Notes: a model not told the origin generated them from the sequence alone. Positions 1-11,464 are shown, counted from the whole stretch's first letter. The stretch: 62,932 nucleotides of DNA, filler included, from Pirum gemmata (GCA_002812295.1; 17 parts of 17 records of this genome joined end to end with filler, not necessarily neighbours in it); one strand, 5' to 3'. Numbers and translations are program-made.

Positions 1-16
1 TTGTTTCATTATACTT

Positions 17-169
17 GGGTTAGGGTTAGGGTTAGGGTTAAGGTTAAGGATTGGGTTAGGGTTAGGGTTAGGGTTAAGGTTAAGGTTAGGGTTAGGGTTA
101 GGGGTAGGGTTAGGGTTAGGGTTAGGGTTAGGGTTAGGGCTAGGGCTAGGGTTAGGGTTAGGGTTAGGG
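17..169 (+). repeat. Telomere-type (TTAGGG)n tract with TTAAGG/CTAGGG variants
   Basis: Directly visible hexamer array with unique sequence on both sides. Confidence 0.95.
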
Positions 170-1723
170 GAATGACACCATTGTTGGAGCTGTAGTCTAT
201 ATTCGTATTTATCATATATTATTTATAATATGTAATATTTTTTTGACGTAGGTTGGGCATTCTAGTCTAAAATATAAGTTTGTCTATGTTCAATGATTTT
301 TAGTTTGACTTCTGATAGATTTAATATTAAACTATCATAATTATCCCATAATACTTTAGTAGTCTATGATACTGTCTAATAGTGTCTATCAGGTGATGAA
401 TAATATCGATTTGGTTTAATAATATCACTTGGTTTTAATAATTTTATATTATTATTTTTTTTTTAATATGATGAAATTTCATCATAAAATTCTTTTCCTG
501 GATTCTCCTAGCTTTAGTAGTAGAAATAATTTTTTAATAGTAGACCTATCTGAGACTGAGGCTATCCTGGGAAAGAAAAAAGTGTGACGATTTGATCATC
601 TTTTTTTTATCGATATGATACAAAATAAAAAAACGTGGGTTAGTGCTTTAGTGTTTTAAAAAAGTTAGTTAGTAAGGAAAAGCTGGTAGATGACGAAACA
701 TTGTTCAAACATGAATATTGTGCATGCATTGCATGCACTATGAGTAGTAAATTGTAATAATTATGATATCTGATATAATAATCATCAATAAAATAAGATG
801 TATAATATTATATTGTCAAATTACTTTCTAATTATAATATCATATATACATGACTGTTATGAGACTCTGTTTTAATGTATATTGTCACAAAAATCTGCTT
901 TATTCCCAAAAATCCCATAATTTAATATATTTTACGATTTTTAATCCATGATATCTTCCATTCGAATTCAACTTTTAAAAAAAACGTATTATACATCAAA
1001 GTACATCATAAAGATATCGATGTACTGACAATAATATATTATTTATACATGAATATAATATAATTGTACCACTATATTAATATTACATAATTATATTAAT
1101 ATATCTTTATATATCTATACCTATATATTTCTATAACTATATATGATTCAATTTTTTAATAATAATAATATATATACCAATTAATTAATATTTCAATATG
1201 TTATCAAATTTTTGCTGTTTTAATTAATGAATTATATTATTTATGATACCAATATGATATCATATATATACGTATTTAATAGCTAGTACTGTGAGTCTGT
1301 GAATGTCATTTATTCACAAAAGTGCCAGTACTCGCACTTTTATTCACATTTGTCGCAAAAAGTGTCGTCTATATATATAATATATCAGATCTAGCTAGAT
1401 ATAATACGGTATATAATATACATAATACCACTATAATACCCCGTATTAATATAGTATTATATTATATAAATACGGTATAAATAATATAATATAATATGTA
1501 TACAGAATATGTTAATATAAATTTAGTTTCGAGATCTATTGTCGCACATCGTTCTCAGTTAATTAAAAGTACCTCCCATATATATATTAATATTACCCAA
1601 GCTATATATGATATATAATTTTTATATATCGATATTAATTAATATATAATTATATATATCATATATATTATATTATAATATATATACCAAGCCAGATAAA
1701 ACAGTAGAAATCTTTTCTAAAAA

Positions 1724-1787
<64 letters not shown>

Positions 1788-1851
1788 CAGCCAAGCTGGT
1801 TAAAACTGTAGAGATCTTTTTTAGGCTTCTTTTCTTTCGGAGGAGCAGTAA

Positions 1852-2142
1852 GTAGGTTACAGTTTAACAATATATCTATAGTTAAAAATTAAAGTTGTAA
1901 TTTGTTGATTTGTTTCATAATATATACTTTGATATAAGTTAATGGTTTGATTGTCATTTGGTTTTCTAAAGCTTTTTGTACTTTTCATAATAATACCATA
2001 ATATATAGCTAGTGGGTTACAGTTATATCTATAGTTAAATTAAAGTTGTAATTTGTTGATTTTTTTCATAATACTTTGATATAAGTTAATGATTTGATTA
2101 TCATTTGGTTTTCTAAAGCTTTTTGTACTTTTCATAATAATA
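1852..2142 (+). repeat. Tandem pair of a ~140-bp dispersed repeat (also ~5190-5305; truncated at 3387-3448)
   Basis: ggttacag...taaagttgtaatttgttgatt...ttggttttctaaagctttttgtacttttcataataata occurs twice here and in diverged form elsewhere. Confidence 0.8.
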
Positions 2143-2277
2143 ATATTATTATGATACTGTATGATAGTAGCTACTAGCTAGCTAGCCACGGCCCACGGCG
2201 GCACCTAATTTTTTTTTACATCAGCTATCGTACTAGCTAGGCTACATTGTATCCGATAGCAACAGTAGTAACTAGCA

Positions 2278-2397
2278 GGGGGTGCTCAAATAATAGACTA
2301 CGTAACGTCAAGGGGTGGGTAGGTAGGTGGTATTTGACCGAAATTTAACGTCGAAAGCTGTATTTGACCTGAAATTGGCGTTACGTTGAACGCTCCC
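2278..2397 (-). mobile_element. MITE family A (PIF/Harbinger Tourist-like), internally deleted copy
   Basis: Reverse complement of the GGGAGCGTTCAAATA...TATTTGAACGCTCCC element. Confidence 0.8.
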
Positions 2398-3448
2398 TAC
2401 TATCGATAGCTATCGATAGCTAGCTAGCTAGTCTACAGTGATAGCTACTAGTGATAGCTACTAGAGCTATCATAGATAGTATAATATTAGCTATCATGCT
2501 GTAGCTAAGCTAACTAACTTCACAACAGTAAATTACCAAATTAGACCCTATATAATGTAAATTTGGTTGTACACTGGTCTAACAATGATTTTATCATCTT
2601 TTTTTCTTATCATAGAGCCTAGACCATAGAGGAGTACATATTATAATGTTTTGACCAATTGTCTTTTAAAAATGACTTTGTCGGCCATTCCCATACCCAT
2701 TTTTTTTGATAAAATGACTTTTGAGTTTGGAAGAGTTTGGAAGTTTACAAAGAGTTTTTTTTTTTCTTTTTTCTATGATATGTCATATCATCATAATTAT
2801 ATATTTCATATAATATTATTATGATAATATATTATTATAATAAGACTTATATCTCTCTCTAGCTAGTCTATGAGATAGTTGTCTTTTCGTTGTGGTGGAC
2901 CTTGTGGTGGTGGTAGACTATTCTAGCTAGTGGTTGGCTGTATTTTAAAATAGTTTACATATTTGTCATAGGCTCACTCATTTCAGTGGTAGTTTTTAGA
3001 GCTTTTTTTTAAAAAAAGCCTAGCTAGAGTAGTCACTATATTTGTGAATTGTGATGTTTGACTGTAATTTTTTTTTAAAAAAAACGTTCAACGTTGTAAT
3101 AAATAGTATTCGTCAAGACTCAAGTATTCATCAGTTGTATTCAATTTTACTAGAAACGTTCAACGTTGTAGTAGATTCATCAGTTGTTGTATTTGTTGTA
3201 TTTGTTGTATAATTCATTTATGGGGGTTGGAAACGTTCAACGTTGTATTGTTTGGAGGAAGGCGTCTAGTAGTAGCTAGTAGTAGCGGGGGAACCGGGAA
3301 TCAATAGCTATGATAGTTTTTTCTAAAGAGAAATTATTTTATTTGATTTTTTTTTTTTATTTTTTTTTTATTAGCGTTTTATAAATGTAGGTTACAGTTT
3401 AATATATATAATTGAAGTTACAATTTGTTGATTTGTTTCATTATACTT

Positions 3449-3596
3449 GGGTTAGGGTTAGGGTTAGGGTTAAGGTTAAGGATTGGGTTAGGGTTAGGGT
3501 TAGGGTTAAGGTTAAGGTTAGGGTTAGGGTTAGGGTTAGGGTTAGGGTTAGGGTTAGGGTTAGGGCTAGGGCTAGGGTTAGGGTTAGGGTTAGGGG
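3449..3596 (+). repeat. (TTAGGG)n tract, near-identical to 17-169
   Basis: Same variant order and the same flanks (ttgtttcattatact ... ggggaatgaca); one hexamer shorter. Confidence 0.95.
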
Positions 3597-3603
3597 AATG
3601 ACA

Positions 3604-3703
3604 NNNNNNNNNNNNNNNNNNNNNNNNNNNNNNNNNNNNNNNNNNNNTTAATTAATTAANNNNNNNNNNNNNNNNNNNNNNNNNNNNNNNNNNNNNNNNN
3701 NNN
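3604..3703. other. Artificial contig linker (N run - TTAATTAATTAA - N run); 16 such linkers in the window
   Basis: The same six-frame-stop spacer flanked by N runs occurs at ~3648, 7329, 11025, 14723, 18284, 21634, 25329, 28972, 32649, 37279, 40970, 44621, 48262, 51952, 55641 and 59290. Confidence 0.98.
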
Positions 3704-4556
3704 AAAAAAAAAAAAAAAAATTCAATATCATAGAAAAATGAGTTTAGAGGTGAGTCAAAATCGAAGAACTCAAACATAAATAATTACTTAAGCTTGAATT
3801 TTAAAGTATACTCAAACATTTTCCCTAGTTCGAGCCTATGTAAATTTGCTCGAAACTTTTGGTGATTTTCAACTCGAACAGCAACTCGAACATTTAACAC
3901 CTTCGAAAATTCGAGTTTGATTTCAAATATAAGTAATTTTATATGTTTGAAAAATTCGATCATGTACATATAAAAAGGACTAGAGGTGTATATAGGACCG
4001 AGCTAGCTCTAGCTATCAATGGATATCATTATATAGCTCATTTTTAAATAATATCATAACTAGACTATGATATCGATATTTTTATAAATAATTAGTCTAT
4101 ACAGAGTCTATAGACTACAGCTATAGTCTAGCTAGCTAGCTCTAGTTCAAAAACTGAAATAAATTATGGTTTTAAACTATCAGACATGTTTTAATGATAT
4201 TTTATATTAAATTAATGACGTATTTTATTTCATAAACAATTTCAATTATACACTTAAACAATACGAAGTTAAAGATTGAGAGGAAAACTGTAATGGAATA
4301 GATGATAATATTATCATAGCTTGGTTATCATTCAACATAGGTCTATACAAAATAAAATAATTTGGTAAGAAGCTAATTATATCCTTACTTTTATAAATGC
4401 TCTTAGAATCTAGTAGGCTAGCTCTTAGACCGTGGTTTTTATAGATGCATGAGTTCTCATGGTTTTTATGAATGTTACATAATAAATTAATGAATATTAT
4501 ATTTATTTATAAATAAGGAGAGCAAGGGCTTTCGATTGATACCAAAAACTCACTAG

Positions 4557-4734
4557 CTACTGCGGTAACTGTTCTTGCGATTCTAATCGTTGTAAGAAAA
4601 AAGGAAATTGTTGTAAAGACATGGACGTGGATATTAATACTTGTAAATTAAGAACAAAAGAGCAAAATTTTGGTTTATGGTATGGTGTTATAATTTTATG
4701 TTTGGTTTTATTTTTTCTAATATTTTTGATTTAA
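4557..4734 (+). CDS. Terminal exon encoding a somatomedin-B-like Cys motif plus a C-terminal hydrophobic helix (not in the ORF track)
   Basis: After cactag| it reads YCGNCSCDSNRCKKKGNCCKDMDVDINTCKLRTKEQNFGLWYGVIILCLVLFFLIFLI*. The C-x-C-D-x3-C-x3-G-N-C-C-x-D pattern fits SMB. Confidence 0.6.
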
Positions 4735-5026
4735 TTGATTACTTAATTAATACTCAAATGGGAAACAAAGAATAGGCTTTACTGGGCTTCTACTGGTAGA
4801 TTCTTGTATTGCTCTTGCTCCGATTGCTCTTGCAGGGGGTCTCAGCAGGGGGTCTTGACTCTTGAGTCGGACTCTTGACTCTTTAGCTGGGTCTTTAGGT
4901 AGTGGGTCTAGCTAGCTAGTACTGGAGTATCAGATACTATGATAGTAGTCTGTCGATAATCTAGTTTGGAAACAAATTCATGTTTGTTTGGATAAATTGA
5001 AATTTATTTGTTTGTATATATTTAGA

Positions 5027-5177
5027 GGGAGCGTTCAAATACTACGTAACGCCAATTCCCAGTCAAATATTAATACAGCTTCAAATACCCCTACCTACCT
5101 ACCTCTCGACGTTAATTTCCGGCCAAATACCACTTACCTACCTACCCCTTGACGTGACGTATTATTTGAACGCTCCC
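5027..5177 (+). mobile_element. MITE family A, full-length copy
   Basis: TIR GGGAGCGTTCAAATA / TATTTGAACGCTCCC, with an internal duplicated GTCAAATAC...CCTACCTACC block. Confidence 0.88.
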
Positions 5178-6521
5178 TTAGAGGTTATAAAGTTACAGCT
5201 GGATGATTTTAATTATAATTCTAATTTGTTGGTTTGTTTCATAATATTTTGGTATAGTTGATTGTCGTTCGGTTTTGACTTGTTGTACTTTTCATAATAA
5301 TAGCACCATAGTCTACTACATTGGATAAAGTCTATGATTATAGATAGCAGTTACAAGAGCTGTTTAAAGTAATACAAGTGTTGCTCTTTTGTTGTAATGT
5401 TTTGTTAGTAGTGCGGCGCGGGTGAGCTAACTGAACTGTTTCTGATGGTTGATTGTTGATTGTTGACTGTTGATTGTTGAACTTAGGTTGAACTTACTAC
5501 TAGCTAGCTAGCTAGAACTCTAGCTATCGATAGTAGTTTTACTAGTACTCTACTACTATTTGCTGCGATTTTTTAGTGCGATTTTTTCATTGTTTACTAT
5601 TATGAATCTATGATGATTATTATTATTTCTAAATATTTATTATTATTAGAAAATATATGTTAATTAATTAAATGTAGTTAACTTAATTAATAAGGTATCA
5701 TATTGAAAAGCATATTGTTGATTAAATGTACGCTCATAAACTATCTGATATAGTTATGAATGTTATGATCATGATATTATATAGCTAGTTATATAAACTA
5801 ATCACTAACTAATCTTTGATTTCGCGCATTATGTACAGCGCATTATCATACCGGTATGTGTTTATTTTTTTAAAGAATGGGACCAAAAAAAGAAAAAAAA
5901 CCAAAAAAAGAAACTTTTTTTTACAAAAAAGGAGGTGTTTACTTACATATTTAGCATATTTATTGAAAAAAATTCATTGTACTTTTTTTTGTTTTTTGTT
6001 TACTCTTTTTTATCTCTTCCAATCAGCTGCTTCCAAATTCCAATATTTTTAAAAAAAAACAAAAAACAAAAACCAAAACCAAAAAAGAGATCTCCTGTGA
6101 CTGTGGCTCTGCAGTGTCTGCACTGAGTCTGCAGAGTTGTTTCAAGTCTATGGTATATAGATGCGTTTTTATAATTCGAGTGTAATTCTTACCATAATAT
6201 TATCATATTTATTAAAAAATAAATAAATTATTATTATTATTATTATTATAATTATATTTATTATTTCATTATTATTATTATTATTATTTCTATATATTAT
6301 TGATATTATTATTACTATGTTGTTGTCGCCGTCGTCTACTGTTATAAATAGTTTGACTATAGTAAACTTCAGTTAGAACATCAGTTAGAACATCAGGAAT
6401 CAGGATATCGATATAATATATTATAAATTTATAATATAATATGATATTTATCCAAGGAGTTCAAGAAAAAAAATAATTTGAAGTCCTTGCTTTGTTTTTT
6501 GGTTTTTTTACGGGCCACCCA

Positions 6522-6663
6522 GGGGAGCGTTCAAGTACTATGTAACGCCAATTTCTGGTCAAATACAGCTTCAAATACACCTATCTACCCCTCGACGTTA
6601 ATTTGCGGTCAAATACCATCTACTTACCTAACCCTTGACCTAACGTATTATTTGAACGCTCCC
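6522..6663 (+). mobile_element. MITE family A, full-length copy
   Basis: Both TIRs present. This element explains the spurious ORF 6478-6666. Confidence 0.88.
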
Positions 6664-6918
6664 TAGCGAGAGTGTACTATTAGGGCCACTCCACCATATC
6701 AACTCCACCTACCGGCAGTACTCCAGAGAGTTTTTTTTTATTTTTTTCCTCTCTAGTCTAACAGACTTCTACATAACAGTCTAACTATTTTTATTATTAA
6801 AAAAAGGAATTCTTTCTAGCTAGCTAGCTAGCTAGAAACAGTCTAGAAACTCTAGCTAGAAACAGTTTTTTTTTTTTTTTTTTTTTTTATGATAGGTCTA
6901 GCTAGTAGGTCTATGAAT

Positions 6919-6952
6919 CAAGGACTTCAAAAAAAGAACCTTGAAGTCCTTG
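6919..6952. mobile_element. 34-bp TIR element (CAAGGACTTCAA...TTGAAGTCCTTG) with 7-bp TSD, P/Galileo-like termini
   Basis: Perfect 12-bp inverted repeat flanked by TATGAAT on both sides (6912-6918, 6953-6959). Related ends at ~6453-6489, 13116-13127 and 25215-25226. Confidence 0.65.
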
Positions 6953-7620
6953 TATGAATCATATGATAATAATAATATGATAAAGCAAACGGCACTGAAT
7001 TCTCTAGCTAGAGTAGCTACTAGTAGCTAGACTAGAGTAGCCAGACAGACCGTCTCAGACGCCACAAGTTGCAGTCAAGTTGTCCACAGCCAGCAGGTCT
7101 CTACTACTCTAGCTATCGATAGCTAGCTAGAGCCAACGGTCTTAGCTACGAGTAGCTACGAGGTCTTATGATAGCTAGAAGCCTACTAGAACTATAGCTA
7201 GCTAGAAAAAGAAAAAAAAAAACATGCATGACTCTCTAGCTAGCTCTAGCTCTCTAGCTAGCTAGCTACTAGCTAGTAGATAGTNNNNNNNNNNNNNNNN
7301 NNNNNNNNNNNNNNNNNNNNNNNNNNNNTTAATTAATTAANNNNNNNNNNNNNNNNNNNNNNNNNNNNNNNNNNNNNNNNNNNNTACAGTGACATCATTT
7401 TATCATTTTATTTTTTATTATCATTTATTATATAAAACATTTTTTTTTTGATATAATTAACTAATTGAAAATTAAATTATACCCTAACCATCTTTATTTG
7501 TTTACTTTTGATTTTTTAAATAAAATCATTTATTACTTATTTTGATTTTTTTTATTTTTTAAAAAAAATAAAATACTCGATATATAAAAAACATAATATT
7601 TTCTCATCTTTTTTTTTTTT

Positions 7621-10600
7621 TTACTTTTGATGTTTTTCATTTTCTATAATAATATTTTTCCACTCTTCCTTTTCACCAGCCACGAGTGTATACAAAGACA
7701 AATCAGTAAAAGAAATATAATCTGAAATAATGGTAACTTTCAAATTTAAATCGGATGAATGGATGGAGTTAGAGCTACTTCTGTTTTGTAATTTGCTTAA
7801 TATCAACTTAATTATCTTTTTTTTACCTTCTTCAATCAATCTTTGTAGCCACATTCTTATTGCATCTTCGTCTTCGTTACAATGTCTAGATAAACAATCT
7901 AAATCATATTTCTGCAAAATAAATAAGTCTTTTAAAGAAAACAATGATTGGGAATATATATTTAAAATGATTTGAACGTTTTCCTTTAAAGTATTAGCTA
8001 CTTTATGACCATTATTAATATCTAGATTTAAATTTGCAATTGTTTTGTTTTCTTTTAAAGCGTCAATAATTGGTTCACCACATATAAGGTTGTTTTCCAA
8101 ATTTAAATTTACAAGTGTTTTGTTCTTTTTTAAAGCGTCAGCAAATTTATCCATATTATGGTGACACAAGTAAGTGTCCGATAGGTTTAAAGTTGTAAGT
8201 GATTTGTTTTCTATAAAAATGTAAGCTATACTTTCACATCTACCATTATAATTATTATAGTCACCACCTATATAATTTCCCTGTAGATTTAAATGTGTAA
8301 GTGTTTTGTTTTCTTTTAAAGCATGCGCCAAGTTATAAATCCCTGTGTAACCTAAAGTTTCCTTTAGATTTAATTTTTTAAGTGTTTTGTTTTCTTTTAA
8401 AGCATTAGCTAATTTTTCCCCTCCTTCATTTTCATTAGAAATATAATTTTCACTCAAATCTAAATTTGTAAGTGTTTTGTTTTCTTTTAAAGCATTGGCT
8501 AATTTAGCAACCCCTTCACTTCTAAAGTAATTATTCCCCAGATTTAAGTTTTTAAGCATTTTGTTTTCTTTTAAAGCATCAGCTAATTTTTCAGCCCCTT
8601 CATCACCAATTTGATTATGCTTTAGATTTAAATTTGTAAGTGTTTTGTTTTCTTTTAAAGCATTAGCCAATTTTTCAGCCCCTTCATCACCAATTTGATT
8701 TTTTCTTAGATTTAAATTTGTAAGTGTTTTTTTTTCTTTTAAAGCATTAGCCAATTTTTCAGCCCCGTCACCACCAATTTGATTTTTCCCCAGATCTAAA
8801 TTTGTAAGTGTATTGTTTTCTTTTAAAGCATTAGCCAATTTTTCAGCCCCTTCATCACCAATTTTACTAGAGCTCAACTTTAAATTTGTAAGTGTTTTGT
8901 TTTCTTTTAAAGCATCAGCTAATTTTCCAGCCCCTTCATCACCAATTTCACTAGAGCTCAACTTTAAATCTGTAAGTGTTTTGTTTTCTTTCAAAGCATT
9001 AGCTAATATTTCTACCCCTTCAGCATTAATTCCATTATGCATCAAATTTAATTTTTTAAGCGTTTTGTTTTCTTTTATAGCTTTAACTAATTTTTCACCT
9101 CCTTCAAACCAATTTTCACTCAAATCTAAATTTGTAAGTGTTTTGTTTTTTTTTAAAGCATTAGCCAAATTTTCAGCCCCTTCATGATCAATATAATTTT
9201 CCGCAATATTTAAATTTGTAAGTGTTTTGTTTTCTTTTAAAGCATCAGCTAATTTTTCAGCCCCTTCATTACCAATTTTATTTTTCCCAAGATTTAAATT
9301 TGTAAGTGTTTTGTTTTCTTTTAAAGCATTAGCCAATGTTTCAGCCCCTTCAGCTCCAATACCATTTTCCACCAGATTTAAACTTGTAAGTGTTTTGTTT
9401 TCTTCTAAAGCCTTAGCTAATTTATCAGTTCCATCATTTCTTATATAATTTTTCCCCAGATTTAAATGTGTAATTGTTTTGTTTTCTTTTAATAAATTAG
9501 CAAATGTATGAATCCATTCGACTTTAATATAATGCAACCATTTGCCTTTCACAGCATTGAACTCCAGATTTAAAATTTTAAGTGTTTTGTTTTCTTTTAG
9601 ATTCAGCGAATTCAATAATTTAGGCTTACTGATTTCTTTTAAAGCTTTAACTAACAATTTTTCTGCACTTTTGGGAACTCGAACTCGACCACAAATAAAA
9701 TGCTTCTTATTATTATGTGAACCTAAATTTATAAGTACGTCGTTTCCCTCCAATTCATTTCTTTTCATAAATAAATCATCGTCATATTTATTATCGCCCA
9801 GAATTAAATTTTTAAGTGTTTTGTTTTTTTTTAAAGCATTAGCCAAATTTTCAGCCCCTTCATCACCAATTTTACTAGACCTCAAATTTAAATTTGTAAG
9901 TGTATTGTTTTCTTTTAAAGCATTAGACAATTGTTCAGCCCCTTCAACACCAAATTTATTTTCCCCAAGATTTAAATTTGTAAGTGTTTTGTTTTCTTTT
10001 AAAGCATTAGCCAATTTTTCAGCCCCGTCATCACCAATTTGATTTTTCCCCAGATCTAAATTTGTAAGTGTATTGTTTTCTTTTAAAGCATTAGCCAATT
10101 TTTCAGCCCCTTCATCACCAATTTTACTAGACCTCAAATTTAAATTTGTAAGTGTATTGTTTTCTTTTAAAGCATTAGCCAATTGTTCAGCCCCTTCAAC
10201 ACCAAATTTATTTCTCCCAAGATTTAAATTTGTAAGTGTTTTGTTTTCTTTTAAAGCATTAGCCAATTTTTCAGCCCCTTCATCACCAATTCGATTTCTC
10301 TCCAGATCTAAATTTGTAAGTATATTGTTTTCTTTTAAAGCATTAGCCAATTTTTCAGCCCCTTCATCACCAATTAGATTTATCCCCAGATATAAATTTG
10401 TAAGTGTATTGTTTTCTTTTAAAGCATTAGCCAATTTTTCAGCCCCGTCATAACCAATATGATTTTCCAACAGATATAAATTTGTAAGTGTTTTGTTTTC
10501 TTTTAAAGCATTAGCCAATTTTTCAGCCCCTTCATCACCAAGAAAATGATGTCCTCTCAGATCTAAATTTGTAAGTGTTTTGTTTTCTTTTAAAGCACCA

Positions 10601-10980
10601 GCTAATTTATCAACCCCTCCATCACCAATTTGATTGGAAGGAGTAGTATAACAAAAATTTTTCCCCAGATATAAATTTGTAAGCGTTTTGTTTTCTTTCA
10701 AAGCATTAGCTAATATTTCAACCTCTGAAATGTAATTATCCATCAAATTTAAATTTGTAAGCATTTCGTTTTCTTTTAAAGCATCAGCTAATTTTTTAGC
10801 CCCTTCAACACCAAATTTATTACTCTTTAGATTTAAATTTGTAAGCGTTTTGTTTTTTTTTAAAGCGTCAGCTAATGCAACAACCCCTTCATTACAAATT
10901 TTATTAGAGCTCAAATTTAAAACTGTAAGCGTTTTGTTTTCTTTTAGAGCATCAGCTAATGCAACAGCCCCTTCGCCAAA
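7621..10980 (-). CDS. Ribonuclease-inhibitor/NLRC3-type leucine-rich repeat protein, 5'-truncated at the contig edge
   Basis: >1097-aa intronless ORF built from 28-aa repeats (LANALKENKTLTNLxLxxNxIGDEGAEK). The frame stays open up to the gap, and there is a non-LRR C-terminal region. Confidence 0.93.
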   Translation of the reverse strand, partial: FGEGAVALADALKENKTLTVLNLSSNKICNEGVVALADALKKNKTLTNLNLKSNKFGVEGAKKLADALKENEMLTNLNLMDNYISEVEILANALKENKTLTNLYLGKNFCYTTPSNQIGDGGVDKLAGALKENKTLTNLDLRGHHFLGDEGAEKLANALKENKTLTNLYLLENHIGYDGAEKLANALKENNTLTNLYLGINLIGDEGAEKLANALKENNILTNLDLERNRIGDEGAEKLANALKENKTLTNLNLGRNKFGVEGAEQLANALKENNTLTNLNLRSSKIGDEGAEKLANALKENNTLTNLDLGKNQIGDDGAEKLANALKENKTLTNLNLGENKFGVEGAEQLSNALKENNTLTNLNLRSSKIGDEGAENLANALKKNKTLKNLILGDNKYDDDLFMKRNELEGNDVLINLGSHNNKKHFICGRVRVPKSAEKLLVKALKEISKPKLLNSLNLKENKTLKILNLEFNAVKGKWLHYIKVEWIHTFANLLKENKTITHLNLGKNYIRNDGTDKLAKALEENKTLTSLNLVENGIGAEGAETLANALKENKTLTNLNLGKNKIGNEGAEKLADALKENKTLTNLNIAENYIDHEGAENLANALKKNKTLTNLDLSENWFEGGEKLVKAIKENKTLKKLNLMHNGINAEGVEILANALKENKTLTDLKLSSSEIGDEGAGKLADALKENKTLTNLKLSSSKIGDEGAEKLANALKENNTLTNLDLGKNQIGGDGAEKLANALKEKKTLTNLNLRKNQIGDEGAEKLANALKENKTLTNLNLKHNQIGDEGAEKLADALKENKMLKNLNLGNNYFRSEGVAKLANALKENKTLTNLDLSENYISNENEGGEKLANALKENKTLKKLNLKETLGYTGIYNLAHALKENKTLTHLNLQGNYIGGDYNNYNGRCESIAYIFIENKSLTTLNLSDTYLCHHNMDKFADALKKNKTLVNLNLENNLICGEPIIDALKENKTIANLNLDINNGHKVANTLKENVQIILNIYSQSLFSLKDLFILQKYDLDCLSRHCNEDEDAIRMWLQRLIEEGKKKIIKLILSKLQNRSSSNSIHSSDLNLKVTIISDYISFTDLSLYTLVAGEKEEWKNIIIENEKHQK

Positions 10981-11404
10981 NNNNNNNNNNNNNNNNNNNN
11001 NNNNNNNNNNNNNNNNNNNNNNNNTTAATTAATTAANNNNNNNNNNNNNNNNNNNNNNNNNNNNNNNNNNNNNNNNNNNNCCCTTTTACTACCTCTCGTT
11101 ACGTAATTATTGAACGCTCCCTAGTGCTGTACATAGAAAAAAGGGTAAAATTTTTTTTTAAAAAATATCGGAACTAAAAAATATGTATGGTGTATTGCGT
11201 TTAAAAATCCTCAACTTTTTGGGACATAGTAATAATAATATTCTATTTCGAATATATAAATTTAGTATGTTCGGAATTTTCGAGTCGCCAGAAAAATTTT
11301 GATCGCTTTTCAAAAGTTAGTAAATGTTAGGCGCACTGCTACATCTTCCTCATAAAAGAATATGAAATAGACCTAGCTAGCTAGCTACAGTAGCCAGCTA
11401 GCTA

Positions 11405-11454
<50 letters not shown>

Positions 11455-11464
11455 GTTATAACAG

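Noticed and set aside
17..169. True chromosome end
   Set aside because: Unique sequence lies on both sides, and the G-rich strand points into the contig.
1..215. VRVRVR/LTLTLT and other low-complexity ORFs (poly-L, I, V, Y, MI)
   Set aside because: These are translations of telomeric and microsatellite repeats.
3082..3248. Three AAACGTTCAACGTTGTA repeats with ~55-60-bp spacers (CRISPR-like)
   Set aside because: The spacers share sequence (attcatcagttgt), the repeat is short, there are no cas genes, and the context is eukaryotic.
3648..3659. Regularly spaced TTAATTAATTAA palindrome
   Set aside because: Always embedded in N runs; an artificial linker.
7621..7623. Ciliate-type stop reassignment, given the abundance of TAA
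   Set aside because: Long conserved genes have no in-frame TAA/TAG and end cleanly on TAA, TAG or TGA.
8813..10453. Plus-strand ORFs over the LRR gene (likewise 18288-19307, 29818-30351, 61173-61469)
   Set aside because: Antisense shadows of real coding frames.
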